This document shows positions 17,991 to 27,610 of a DNA stretch of 64,000 bases, piece by piece; within the stretch, counting starts at the first letter, position 1, and each line of letters begins with the position of its first letter. The notes under the pieces were generated by a model. It was not told the origin of the DNA, searched no databases, and was given only the letters and a program-made list of their open reading frames with translations. The DNA is from a virus (taxonomy: Duplodnaviria > Caudoviricetes): positions 1,007 through 65,006 of the IMG/VR virus record IMGVR_UViG_3300013286_000001, one strand, 5' to 3'. Position numbers and translations under genes: made by a program.

Positions 17991-18364
17991 ATGAAAGTCT
18001 ACGCAATCCGCCACACTCCAACCGGTTTGTTCATGCCAGTACCCACAGGTAAGAACGGCAGTGGCTCATCCTATTGGGACCCGCTTGAAGACAGCCATAA
18101 CCCTCAAATCACCAAAACGCCGGTTGATGGCGTAGCTGTTTACGGCACACCGCTGCCTCGGCTGTTTCCACTTCGTCGATCAGCAAGCTCAGCCTTGACA
18201 CAATGGCTGCGTGGTCGGCATGTTTCAATAACTAGCGGCTGTTCTCCGTGCGTAGCCGTTAGCTACGCACGGAGATGAATTGGTGCGCGTAGACATTGTG
18301 CCAGACCCATCGCGCAAAGCTGACGACATGAAATTGTTGCGTTTGAACTTGTGGGGGTGAAGTA
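17991..18364 (+). pseudogene. hypothetical protein, probably frameshifted
   Basis: MKVYAIRHTPTG...PRLF; coding-like sequence continues in other frames (PDPSRKADDM / EIVAFELVGVK*) up to the next ATG. Confidence 0.5.
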
Positions 18365-18544
18365 ATGGCCATTGCAAAAGTAGCTGAACCTGAAGTAATT
18401 GTACTTACGCTTAGCTTGTCTGCGGCCGAAGCTAAAGAGCTCAAAGCTGTAACTCAAAATCAATTTACTGCGGCTGACGAAGCAGTAGAACTCCGGGAAG
18501 TTCGTCATGCAATTTGGCATGCGCTTAATTTGGCTGGAGTGTAA
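18365..18544 (+). CDS. hypothetical protein
   Basis: 59 aa MAIAKVAEPEVIVLTLSLSAAEA... Confidence 0.6.
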   Translation: MAIAKVAEPEVIVLTLSLSAAEAKELKAVTQNQFTAADEAVELREVRHAIWHALNLAGV

Positions 18545-18545
18545 T

Positions 18546-18752
18546 ATAAACATCCTGGACCAGCAACAAATTGAGGCAAGCGCTTACCACGTAGCGTTGT
18601 GCGCTCAACTTATTAGTTTACAAGCTCGCTACGATGTGCTAATCTGTTATGCGCTTAATGTAGACTTTCAGCTCGAAGCGCATATAACGCTTAAACAGAT
18701 TGAAGCTATCCAGAAAGCAATCGACGAAAATGCAAAGGCACAACTGAAATGA
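18546..18752 (+). pseudogene. hypothetical protein with apparent ATG->ATA start
   Basis: GGAG at 18536 followed by in-frame ATA at 18546. Confidence 0.4.
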
Positions 18753-18922
18753 CAACTAAACTAACTGACAGTCCAGCTTTTGCCCGACCAAAAAGCCCTA
18801 AAGGCTGAAATCGAAATCGCTAAAATGAACCTGGAGAAAAAGTAATGATTGTTGATTTTGATTTTAGCAGAGGCCCACACAAACCTTTACGTACAAAACA
18901 AGAATCAGCTGAGGAAACAGTA

Positions 18923-19104
18923 ATGACTTTTAAACATGAAGATCGTTATATTATTATCAAGTTGAAAAACCTTACTGAGGACCAACTTGACTCGCTTGAA
19001 ACACGAATGGACAACTAAGAAATTGTTCCTCTTGAAAACTGTCTTATAATCGAAGACGATTGGCCCAAGTACGCTTGGGTGTCATTGAGGAGCGTTCAAA
19101 ATGA
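18923..19104 (+). pseudogene. conserved phage protein (RYIVIKLK...DWP type) with internal TAA and frameshift
   Basis: EDRYIIIKLK...DN*EIVPLENCLIIEDDWPKY; TAA at 19016-19018. Confidence 0.6.
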
Positions 19105-19526
19105 CTGAACAAGTAATGGGCCGTATCCACCACACAAAAAATTGGTATAATCTGCGCGCTTAATAGCGTTGGCCAACAACTACGTGACGATACCAAACTT
19201 TACGAGCATCCAGCTGAACACAAAGAAACTGACGCTAAGTCTCGAACCGCTTGGATTGCAGTTGTGCTGCAAAAATATCCAACTGCTGAAATAGGGTAGT
19301 AGGTACACTGGCAACAGCAGCCTACAACGGTATTCAAGTCGGCACTTGGCTCCCATATGCGTGGACTGTAAAATGAACAGTTACCGAATGAGCTTTACAT
19401 CATACACCGATGCGTGTGACTACGCAGATAAACTGAAAAGACAAGGCTCAAGTACTCAATTGATGGCTCTTGTTCGGTCAAGCGAGGGCTGGGATGTAAC
19501 TTGGCGAATGCCTTAGGAGAACTGTA

Positions 19527-19781
19527 ATGAGCAAAATATGCTGGAGTTGTGAACGAACTGGAGAAGGCGGATTTTTGGTTGTAGCACAAAAAGTGCTACC
19601 ACTCGGCCGTGTGTATAAGGCTGGCTTTACAACTGTTAAAAGGGATTTTAGCTGCTTTACTATTCGGCAACAGCGGTTTTACTTGTTTACAGTTATTGAA
19701 GCGCTAACTAACTATATGGAAGCAGCTGTTGAAGACGGACCAATAAGCTATGTAGCTGTTAGCGCAAAAGTTGCGCAATAA
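19527..19781 (+). CDS. hypothetical protein
   Basis: 84 aa, AGGAG RBS. Confidence 0.65.
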   Translation: MSKICWSCERTGEGGFLVVAQKVLPLGRVYKAGFTTVKRDFSCFTIRQQRFYLFTVIEALTNYMEAAVEDGPISYVAVSAKVAQ

Positions 19782-19783
19782 AC

Positions 19784-19810
19784 AAAGCCCTCAACTAAGA
19801 GGGCTTATTT
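19784..19810. terminator. intrinsic terminator between convergent genes
   Basis: aagccctc-aactaa-gagggctt-attt. Confidence 0.7.
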
Positions 19811-19825
19811 GTCGCCCACTGTGGG

Positions 19826-20023
19826 CTAGGTGTAAGCAATCTCGTCAAACTCGTCAGCAGTAAGAGCTTGGCGAGCAGCTTTAATAATTGCTGCAAACTC
19901 AACTTGCTCTTTAGCCGTGAACAAGTCGCCAAAGTCAGTGATGTCGTCATCCATGTGGAAGAAACGGCCTTCAATGTTCAAGCGAGCTACAAAAGCTTTG
20001 AAGTTGTTGGCTGCAGTAGTCAT
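19826..20023 (-). CDS. hypothetical protein
   Basis: 65 aa with FH.DD motif; promoter TGTACA-17-TATAAT at 20070-20098. Confidence 0.75.
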   Translation of the reverse strand: MTTAANNFKAFVARLNIEGRFFHMDDDITDFGDLFTAKEQVEFAAIIKAARQALTADEFDEIAYT

Positions 20024-20174
20024 TTATTTAATTCCTTAAGTAAGTTGTTTGTTTCGTCTTGATGTATCTATTATACGCGCTGGGCAAAGGGCTGTACACG
20101 TTTATTTTCACATGGTTTCTTATTGGTTAACAGCCACTTGATATGGACAATTGATTGTGCGTGCTTGCCAGCTG

Positions 20175-20215
20175 TTGGCATAATTAACTCATCGAAACGA
20201 ACAACGGAGCAAGAC
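20175..20215 (+). repeat. 41-bp promoter/RBS cassette, exact inverted copy at 63158-63198
   Basis: TTGGCATAATTAACTCATCGAAACGAACAACGGAGCAAGAC. Confidence 0.9.
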
Positions 20216-20218
20216 AAG

Positions 20219-20422
20219 ATGCGACATAACACATATTTGCTATTTATTTGTGACGGAGTTCAGTGCGAAATAGCTGACAATATACTTTACCGCAATGGAA
20301 TTCGCATAGGTCGGTTTATTACTACAGTTTCAGTTTTACCACTAAAAAAGCTAAAACTTAAAAATGCGCGAATTGTAAAACCAAACAAAGGCCCATTATC
20401 AAAGCAAAAATGGCTACAATAA
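20219..20422 (+). CDS. hypothetical protein
   Basis: ATG right after the cassette RBS. Confidence 0.6.
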   Translation: MRHNTYLLFICDGVQCEIADNILYRNGIRIGRFITTVSVLPLKKLKLKNARIVKPNKGPLSKQKWLQ

Positions 20423-20463
20423 ATGCTGAAGGCTTTGTTAACACAACTAAACGGAGATTGATC

Positions 20464-20667
20464 ATGCAACTCAAATTTATTAAAGACATTTTTGAACCCG
20501 GCTTTACCGAGCTAACAGTTAGCAAAAAGTATGAAGCTTACTCGGCTGTAACTGACGACGGATTTTACGTCATTACTGATGACGGTACACCCCATTATTT
20601 TACAAGCCTTAATGCAGGCCCTCAGCCGGACGGCTTTGATACAAACGATTGCTGGGAGCGTGTATGA
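20464..20667 (+). CDS. hypothetical protein
   Basis: GGAG RBS; LT..K.YE...V.DD.G motif. Confidence 0.7.
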   Translation: MQLKFIKDIFEPGFTELTVSKKYEAYSAVTDDGFYVITDDGTPHYFTSLNAGPQPDGFDTNDCWERV

Positions 20668-20921
20668 GCCAGCTTGCCAAAGACATTATTGAAGCAATGC
20701 AGCGCCAAGCTGTTGAAAAGCAACGGCCTTGTATTGTCAGCCTTGAAGGCTATGAGTTTCGCTGTACGCCAAAGCGTGTCGGTCCGCCTGAAACCTTTTT
20801 TCTTGTTAATGGCTGTTACTTTGCAGAAGGCGACGTCAAACGTTTTGTGGCTACTTTTGCTAAGTCAAAACCAATCGCAGCTACTGCTGTTTTGAATGCT
20901 TTAAAAGCTGTAGAAAGCTGA
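20664..20921 (+). CDS. hypothetical protein
   Basis: ATGA overlap with the upstream gene. Confidence 0.7.
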   Translation: MSQLAKDIIEAMQRQAVEKQRPCIVSLEGYEFRCTPKRVGPPETFFLVNGCYFAEGDVKRFVATFAKSKPIAATAVLNALKAVES

Positions 20922-21085
20922 GGCTTCCAGAAGGTTCTCGTCGCCAGTAAGCTTCATGGCGGAGTTTTGCCTTGCAGGCCTAGTAAAATGTATAGGACAC
21001 GGTCCGGACGCCTCTACGGAGGACAGGGACACGTAGCATTAAACTTTCAAAGGCCGTTTCAGGCCATTAATTTATAGGTGATTGT

Positions 21086-21337
21086 ATGACTACTCAAGCA
21101 CATAAGGAATTTGACGCGTGGTATCGTGGCGTTTGGCCTGAAGAATCGATGAACGTTAAAGGCCATTTGCATAAAAACCAAATGTGTGCAGCTTGGCTTG
21201 CTTCGCGTGAAGCAATTGTAGTAACTTTTCCAGAAATCGATGACTGGGCCACCGAAACAAACGAAATTATTTGGCAGTGTGAAGAACACGTCAAAACAGC
21301 TGGTCTAACAGTAGTCTACGAGAAGTCAACCAAATGA
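21086..21337 (+). CDS. hypothetical protein (EFEAW...AWQASR type)
   Basis: EFDAWY, AAWLASREAIVV.FP motif common in phage accessory genes. Confidence 0.75.
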   Translation: MTTQAHKEFDAWYRGVWPEESMNVKGHLHKNQMCAAWLASREAIVVTFPEIDDWATETNEIIWQCEEHVKTAGLTVVYEKSTK

Positions 21338-21588
21338 AGTATATTGTAACCAAAGACGAAAATGGTAAAGAAGAAATCTTTATCTTTCCTAAAGCAGTCA
21401 ATCACGATTGTTTTGCAGAAGCGGTACAACGTATACGCGACCAATCTACCGGTCGGTGGCGTCGAATTAAGCGTACGCCAATTGCAGCTGGCTTTACTGA
21501 CGGCAGGCAATGCCTCGGCCGTAGTGAGACACTTAACCTAGACTCGCGTGGTCGTCTTGACGAAATGCTTATTGACGGTAACGGCTGA
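21334..21588 (+). CDS. conserved small phage protein
   Basis: MKYIV, F..H, AAGF, C.GRSETLNLDSR..D motif. Confidence 0.8.
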   Translation: MKYIVTKDENGKEEIFIFPKAVNHDCFAEAVQRIRDQSTGRWRRIKRTPIAAGFTDGRQCLGRSETLNLDSRGRLDEMLIDGNG

Positions 21589-21708
21589 TGTGGCCTATTT
21601 ACATTTTCATAGCAATGGGTGTATTATCTACCTGTGGCATATTACTATTTGCAGCAGACATGTTGCGTTATGCCTTTACGGGTAAAACCTTTTTGTTGAG
21701 GAAAAACA

Positions 21709-21951
21709 ATGGCAAGCATTGAAGGAATTAAGTTGGGCGATTATGTGCATGCAAGTCGCTGGTCTGATCAAGACCCAAACGACCCATGATGTGTAGGTCA
21801 TGTCACTAAAGTTTATGACAAGTTTATTGTTGTTGGAGCATTTAGCGAACGCGCTTGGCCTAACGCCGTAAAGATTGATGATGCTGAAGGCAAGTGTTTG
21901 CTAGTAGAGCGAGGCGTTTATACGCAGGAGCAGGTTGATGGGAACAGCTAG
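21709..21951 (+). pseudogene. hypothetical protein interrupted by TGA
   Basis: GDYVHASRWSDQDPNDP*CVGHV; TGA at 21787-21789, GAGG RBS. Confidence 0.65.
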
Positions 21952-22119
21952 CGCAGAACGTCGGCTTGAAAAAGACCGAGCAAAAGCGTTGCGCGCTCTC
22001 AAACTCTGGGAGCGCGGTCACGATTTGCTTTCAATCTCACAAATGGTCGGGATTCCGGCCGGTAGTGTCACCAAGCCATTGAGCTTGGTCGGCGATTACG
22101 CGAAGTAGGTATTAAATAA
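21938..22119 (+). pseudogene. HTH-like protein, probably frameshifted
   Basis: LLSISQMVGIPAGSV then AIELGRRLREVGIK* in another frame ending just before ATG 22120. Confidence 0.5.
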
Positions 22120-22356
22120 ATGGATCCTCTACTGAAAGAATTTGCACAAGTAATTGTTGACAAGCAAGAAGACAATGAATGGCAATGCTGCCAGTTTTGT
22201 GATGAGCGTCAATATCACGTCAGAACAAACGCTGCGGGTGAAGAGTTGCCGCTGTACGAATGGCATTGGAAATGTGACCACCTTCCTGGTTGTGTTGTGC
22301 CGAAAGCTGAGCTGTTGTTGGCTACTGAGCTTTTACTGGAAATAAAAAATGTATAA
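22120..22356 (+). CDS. Cys/His-rich hypothetical protein
   Basis: CQFC...H..GC motif. Confidence 0.7.
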   Translation: MDPLLKEFAQVIVDKQEDNEWQCCQFCDERQYHVRTNAAGEELPLYEWHWKCDHLPGCVVPKAELLLATELLLEIKNV

Positions 22357-22469
22357 AGTTTGTGCACGTTGCGCTACTATTATGCAGGTAAGCTGTTTAG
22401 CTTGCTCAGCTTGCGCTTGGCCAAACCATGCAAGCTTTAAGCCAATTCCTTTACATTGAGACTAACTAA

Positions 22470-22973
22470 ATGACAATCAAATATAATGTGTTTGGCGCTA
22501 AAACCCGCAACGGCAAAGAAATTTTGCCTATGGCCTTTGGCGATCGAGCTGAAGCTGAGCGCTTTGCCAAATATCATGAAGGCTTAAGCGTTCCACAAAA
22601 TCTTCGCAAGCATCCCGGAAATGTACAAGCTTTTAGCAGCGACCGTAAAGACTTTGAGAAGCCCACAGTCGAGCAAACTGAAGCGGCTGAAGAGTTCTTT
22701 GCTCGACCAGTTGAAAGCTTGGCGTTGCGCCACCAAGAAGTCGGCCGTGTTACGCGCGTTCAAGACATTGTCAGAGTGACCGCTGGCAGCCAGCCGGCCA
22801 CTGTGGGTAGTCCTAACGCCGATCTTGAGTCCGCATACGAAATGGGCTTTAGGCTTGGCATGTCTGCGCATTATGACAGCATGCGGCCAGACGCTGCAAC
22901 TGGAACTCAAGATTACATCGACCAGCGTCGGTCTGACCTTAAAGAACTTATAAGCTGCGATCGTAGCATTTAA
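22470..22973 (+). CDS. hypothetical protein
   Basis: 167 aa ORF. Confidence 0.75.
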   Translation: MTIKYNVFGAKTRNGKEILPMAFGDRAEAERFAKYHEGLSVPQNLRKHPGNVQAFSSDRKDFEKPTVEQTEAAEEFFARPVESLALRHQEVGRVTRVQDIVRVTAGSQPATVGSPNADLESAYEMGFRLGMSAHYDSMRPDAATGTQDYIDQRRSDLKELISCDRSI

Positions 22974-22986
22974 CTGGAGAAAGCAA

Positions 22987-23223
22987 ATGGTAACTGTAAT
23001 TAAGCCAATCGTTCCAGGGATAGGCAAGAAATACTACGCAACAATACTTGGACTATGCCAGGAAGGCAATCCGTACGCTCTTATACCTGTAACAGTATAC
23101 GCTATCGGCATGTTGACTGTTACACTTGAGCACTATGTTGACGGCCGAAAGCGCGATACTTATCGTCAAGGCGATGTTTGTTTTATTGAAGAAGTAGCTA
23201 CCCAACCGGAGAAAGCAAATTGA
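22987..23223 (+). CDS. hypothetical protein
   Basis: GGAG RBS. Confidence 0.7.
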   Translation: MVTVIKPIVPGIGKKYYATILGLCQEGNPYALIPVTVYAIGMLTVTLEHYVDGRKRDTYRQGDVCFIEEVATQPEKAN

Positions 23224-23636
23224 TTATTTCGCAAACTGAAACGCTTGTAGCGCTGGTAACGCAACTTGGCCTGTCGTCAACTGTACCGCTTGATCGCAGC
23301 CTGCACGTGACTGGGCAAATGGTTCCAGGCTCGTCGCTTTACATCGAAGCTGGCGATTATTTCAAATATGGCTTGGCAAAGTTTATCATCAAGCGGACTT
23401 TGCCTTCTGTAGAACCAGTAACACTTACTCTTTATCGGCATGCAACTGGCGAACGCGAAGAAATATTTACTACGCATCTGCCAGCTGACCGCCTTGAGCA
23501 AGCCACGTTTAACAACGCGACAAGTCTATCTGAAGTTATTGTTGCCAACGCTAACGACGTTTGGGAATTATTTGTTGCTGAAGACACAACTGGTATTCCG
23601 CTGGGCTGCGCGTATACCCTTACATTGGAGCCATAG
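23220..23636 (+). CDS. hypothetical protein
   Basis: TTG start after the same GGAGAAAGCAAAT leader as the preceding gene. Confidence 0.65.
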   Translation: MIISQTETLVALVTQLGLSSTVPLDRSLHVTGQMVPGSSLYIEAGDYFKYGLAKFIIKRTLPSVEPVTLTLYRHATGEREEIFTTHLPADRLEQATFNNATSLSEVIVANANDVWELFVAEDTTGIPLGCAYTLTLEP

Positions 23637-23820
23637 TAAATAAAAGTGTACAGTGCCGCGGAAACGCGGCATACTTATATCTAATCACAATCAAGACGGA
23701 GCAAGAAAATGAACTACTCGTTTAACGACTTTCTGATAAGCGACGCTTGCTGCGTCTTAACCTTTGTTGTGCTGGTTATCAGTGCATTCAATTTAGCCGC
23801 TCATTGCTTTTGAGGTTTGT

Positions 23821-24108
23821 ATGAATATTGAAGAAGAACGTAAAGCGTTTAAGCAGTACACTGCGCTAGACTCAAAGGTTTACAACGATGAGCTTGCCAT
23901 TTGGCTTAAAGCCAAGCAGCACGCCACGGATATGGCTAAGCCAACAGTTAAGATTAAGCCAAAAGGCATTTATTCTGAAATGTCAGCTTATCAATGGGTT
24001 GTTTCACTTTTTGAAGGCGAAACATTTAACGGCGTGCTCGAAGACTTTATAACCAAAGAAGATGCTGAAGCTTGGGCGCGTAGCTGTGGATATCGGGTGA
24101 TTGAATGA
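23821..24108 (+). CDS. hypothetical protein
   Basis: GAGG RBS; F.TKEDAE.WA motif. Confidence 0.75.
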   Translation: MNIEEERKAFKQYTALDSKVYNDELAIWLKAKQHATDMAKPTVKIKPKGIYSEMSAYQWVVSLFEGETFNGVLEDFITKEDAEAWARSCGYRVIE

Positions 24109-24437
24109 AAATTCGTATAATGCACACCGGCAGTTGTTTGGCTGTTGGTGGCGGTACTGAAGACGACTTTTGTCATTGTGGTCAACACAACTTTCTTATA
24201 CACTTGCGTGAGCTGCGACTTTGGCACTGGAAGCTCGGGCTTAAACATCGTCAACTGCAATATGATCTTGAGACATTGCAAGCTGAAAATAAAAAGTCCA
24301 GCAGTTTGAAGGGTTGCATTACGACGTATAGTGACGCGACCAATGATCACTTTACTGCAGTACAAACACTTAATGAATTTTTCCCAATTGGCGACACAGC
24401 AGAGCGAGACGCTGAAAATGAATCTAACAAGCGCTGA
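24105..24437 (+). CDS. hypothetical protein
   Basis: ATGA overlap. Confidence 0.7.
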   Translation: MKIRIMHTGSCLAVGGGTEDDFCHCGQHNFLIHLRELRLWHWKLGLKHRQLQYDLETLQAENKKSSSLKGCITTYSDATNDHFTAVQTLNEFFPIGDTAERDAENESNKR

Positions 24438-24582
24438 CTACAAAGCTTTTTGGCAAGGTCGCCCGCAGCTAAAGTCTATTGGCTATGTTGGCGTAGTCGG
24501 AAACAAATTTGACCAAACAGCTGCACTCGCCATCGCGCGTATTGACAAAGTACGGGCACAAACACGCTTGGAGACTAAATAA
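24418..24582 (+). CDS. hypothetical protein
   Basis: 54 aa filling the gap between neighbours. Confidence 0.55.
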   Translation: MNLTSADYKAFWQGRPQLKSIGYVGVVGNKFDQTAALAIARIDKVRAQTRLETK

Positions 24583-24978
24583 ATGAAAGCTAATATCGAC
24601 TGGAGCAAAGCGCCAGAAGGCACAATGGGTTTTCACCCGCAAGCAAATGGTTATGTTGACCATTGGATCAAGTGGGCTGAAAATGGCGACAACTGGTTTT
24701 GTACTTGCGGTTTTGAAGCAGGCGGTTGGGTCAAATACCACGTAAACCTCAACAGCATGTCTCCTCGTTATCGTGCAACGATAGTTGTCGCGCCAGTTGA
24801 AGTATCTCATACATTCGACAATAAAATACTGGACGCTTGGATGGAATACGCCAATAACTTTCGACAAACTATTGGCGTTCAGTCTGCGCAAGAAGCCAAA
24901 CTACGCAGTGAAATTTCTTTGCAGCTATTTGCGGCTGGGTTTGCCGCTGGCGTTAAATCAGCCACTGTGGGTAAATAG
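24583..24978 (+). CDS. hypothetical protein (IDWSKAPEG motif)
   Basis: IDWSKAPEG is a recurrent phage accessory motif. Confidence 0.8.
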   Translation: MKANIDWSKAPEGTMGFHPQANGYVDHWIKWAENGDNWFCTCGFEAGGWVKYHVNLNSMSPRYRATIVVAPVEVSHTFDNKILDAWMEYANNFRQTIGVQSAQEAKLRSEISLQLFAAGFAAGVKSATVGK

Positions 24979-25088
24979 GTTTACAAGCTTTTATTATTGG
25001 CGTACAATTGTTTTAACTTCTATGGTGCTGAATCGTCCTACGTTCCCAATGTCGTTGTAGGCAGCATCACCCAATTAAAGGAATTGAC

Positions 25089-25283
25089 ATGACTCGCGCA
25101 GAGAAATTGCTTGCAGGAAATCAACTTGCTGGACACGCGCGCAAAGCTGCTCAAAAGGCTTGTGCTGGCATGTTGCGCGATCACATACGCAATAAAGACG
25201 TCTATATGTTTACAGACGGTAGCCGTATAATTGTTTGTAAAAATAAAGTAATGCTTGAATTTACCGCCAAGGCCGGAATTTAA
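25089..25283 (+). CDS. hypothetical protein
   Basis: Promoter TTTACA-17-TACAAT at 24980-25008; YMFTDGS motif. Confidence 0.7.
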   Translation: MTRAEKLLAGNQLAGHARKAAQKACAGMLRDHIRNKDVYMFTDGSRIIVCKNKVMLEFTAKAGI

Positions 25284-25286
25284 TAA

Positions 25287-25466
25287 ATGAAAGTGATTGA
25301 CCCACAGCTAGCCAAGCTGTACATTCGCCTTGAACGTGCGCTTGGCTGGAAAGCAGTCTATGCACCAAACGGTGCGAGTGAAGACCCGGCCAACTTTGGC
25401 TTTTGGTCAGAAATTGCAGATTCGCTTCAGACTGACATTAACCAAATAGAGGGGCAACAAAATTGA
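25287..25466 (+). CDS. hypothetical protein
   Basis: 59 aa MKVIDPQLAKLY... Confidence 0.6.
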   Translation: MKVIDPQLAKLYIRLERALGWKAVYAPNGASEDPANFGFWSEIADSLQTDINQIEGQQN

Positions 25467-25750
25467 TCTTCTCAGCAATTGTTACTGTTTGCTTTGCGCT
25501 AGAAGGCAAGCAACCTCATTGCTTAATTTCCGCACTAAGGTCTGTTAAGTTTGAGACAGTTACTGACTGTGAATTGGAAATTAAAAACGCTGCAGTATTG
25601 CTTGAAGCTAACACTAAACAGCAAGACCCAACGCTTTTGACTTTCAGCAAAGGCGAATGCCTAGGTGCCAAACAATTTGCCCAACGCATTGAAGACATAC
25701 CGGCTTTTACTGACGGGCTTGGTGCTACATACACTTTACGCTTTTATTGA
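25463..25750 (+). CDS. hypothetical protein
   Basis: MIFSAIVTVC...C...F....C type; followed by terminator hairpin ~25753-25782. Confidence 0.7.
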   Translation: MIFSAIVTVCFALEGKQPHCLISALRSVKFETVTDCELEIKNAAVLLEANTKQQDPTLLTFSKGECLGAKQFAQRIEDIPAFTDGLGATYTLRFY

Positions 25751-25976
25751 AAACAGCCGCTAGCTATTAGCGGCTTTGTTTTAATTTCTTTTTGGTATTA
25801 CGCAAACAGCAGAGGAGTTAGTATAATGAATCCTTATATAGGCGATAGACCACTCGATCCGCCGGACGAATACGAGTGTCTAGACTGCTTTAGCACATTC
25901 AGCTCTAACGCAAAGTTGCTTGAGCATGCTAGGCGTTGCCCAGAAAATATTAATGTTGAAGATCTAGAGGTGGATC

Positions 25977-26543
25977 ATGAGTGAAGTGAAATTTTATGCG
26001 CTGGACCAGCAGCGAGGTGGTGATTGCTCTTGGTTTAACCTTGAAGATTGTAAGAAAGGCGAAGCTGAGTACGTGGGAATATCCGACTTTGACCGTGTAA
26101 CCGCCGAGCGTGATGCGGCGCTGACCTCTCTTGATTCTGTCGACGCCAGCGCGCAAACGCTGCATGAGGTTATCACTCGGCTGCAACACCGCCTGACCGC
26201 AGCGGATGAGCGGGCGGATGCTTTGGACGTCGAGTGGTCTAGAGCCATAACTGAGCGCGGCTTGCTAGGGCTGCAGGTGGATGTGCTGGAGGCTGTATCG
26301 GTCAAACAGGCCGCCCTCCTTGATGAGTTGGGCATTCCGCTTGATGAAGTCGATGACCTTTTCGGGGAAACGCTCAAGAACGCTAAGCGCTATGAGTATT
26401 TGCGCCTTGTCATGGCCGTTGAAAACTTCCCGACCCCACACCCTGAATGGTCCGAGCCGTCAGAGGTCGAGAGCAAACGCATTGACGATCTTTGCGATGC
26501 CGCACTCAAGCCAGCAGAGGGTGGTGGCGATGAAGCGATCTAA
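25977..26543 (+). CDS. Ead/Ea22-like coiled-coil protein (prophage-derived)
   Basis: DFDRVTAERDA, LQHRLTAADERAD and NAKRYEYLR motifs typical of Pseudomonas prophage accessory proteins; GC-richer codons. Confidence 0.7.
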   Translation: MSEVKFYALDQQRGGDCSWFNLEDCKKGEAEYVGISDFDRVTAERDAALTSLDSVDASAQTLHEVITRLQHRLTAADERADALDVEWSRAITERGLLGLQVDVLEAVSVKQAALLDELGIPLDEVDDLFGETLKNAKRYEYLRLVMAVENFPTPHPEWSEPSEVESKRIDDLCDAALKPAEGGGDEAI

Positions 26544-26737
26544 ACGGTTCCGGTTGTCCTACCTTGCGCTTGTGGTTCGTGCCTACGATCTTCGCACCTT
26601 CCAGGGAATATACCGGCAAATGAAGGCGGACCCGATATTCGCGCATGTGGTTACGAGGCTTAACCCGTGAAAGACCAACTCCCCGCCCACTGCTGGTGCC
26701 TGCTGGCACTGGCACAACTGATTTGCTGAGGTGATTT

Positions 26738-26992
26738 ATGCTGCATGAACTCAAAATACGTAAATGCTTTTTCGAGCCTGTGCTGGAGCGAATCAAGACC
26801 TTCGAGATTCGCCGGAACAATGATCGTGGATTCCAGGCTGGTGACGAGGTTCTGTTTCATGAGGTCAGTGAAATCAGCCAAAACGTAACTACCGGGCGCC
26901 AGGCAAAAGGGCGAATCACCTACGTCCTCAACTACGAGCAGAAAGAGGACTACGTGGTCTTCGCTTTCGAGCTGTATGGGGCGAAGCCATGA
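26738..26992 (+). CDS. DUF3850 / ASCH-PUA domain protein
   Basis: HELKI...FEPV...KTFEIRRNNDRGFQAGD. Confidence 0.85.
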   Translation: MLHELKIRKCFFEPVLERIKTFEIRRNNDRGFQAGDEVLFHEVSEISQNVTTGRQAKGRITYVLNYEQKEDYVVFAFELYGAKP

Positions 26993-27432
26993 CCACCAAC
27001 CAAACGATCGACGGCGTGCCGCGTGAGCTGCTGGAGAGGATGTATCGCCTGCTTGCATGGGGCGGCAATTCCAAGAATGCGGCTTTAGAGCTGCGCGCCC
27101 TGCTGGATGCGCCCGCTAAGCCAGAGCCAATTTATCCCGCTGTACCGTTCTCAAGTCGTGCAACGTATCCGCGTCAGCCTCAACCCAAGCCAGCCGCCCA
27201 GCCCCAGGGCGAGCCGGTAGCATGGATCGTCACTGATATGAATGACGACACCTACTTCGCATATGATAAACAGACGCCGAACGACAAACCGCTCTACGCC
27301 GAGCAGCCCACATTGGTAGCGGTGGTGCTGCCTGAGCGCATGACTCTGAGGTCATCTGATGGGTCTGAGACATATGAGACCAAGGCATGGAACGCCTGCC
27401 TAGACGAAGTAATCCGCCTGAACACCAAATAA
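26989..27432 (+). CDS. prophage-like hypothetical protein
   Basis: MTTNQTIDGVPRELLE, QPQGEPVAW, PLYAEQP, WNACLDE. Confidence 0.75.
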   Translation: MTTNQTIDGVPRELLERMYRLLAWGGNSKNAALELRALLDAPAKPEPIYPAVPFSSRATYPRQPQPKPAAQPQGEPVAWIVTDMNDDTYFAYDKQTPNDKPLYAEQPTLVAVVLPERMTLRSSDGSETYETKAWNACLDEVIRLNTK

Positions 27433-27610
27433 CCATTATTTTCAAGGAAATTATTGTGGCTAAAGATCATACGCTAGACATTATGCTTGAGCACCAACGC
27501 GGTTTGCTTTTACGGTTTGCTATGTACACGCCACAATGGTATGCCGTAAACAATAATATTTCAGCCCTAGTACGCGATTGGCGTAAAATTAACACTTTGA
27601 AGGCCGCCAA

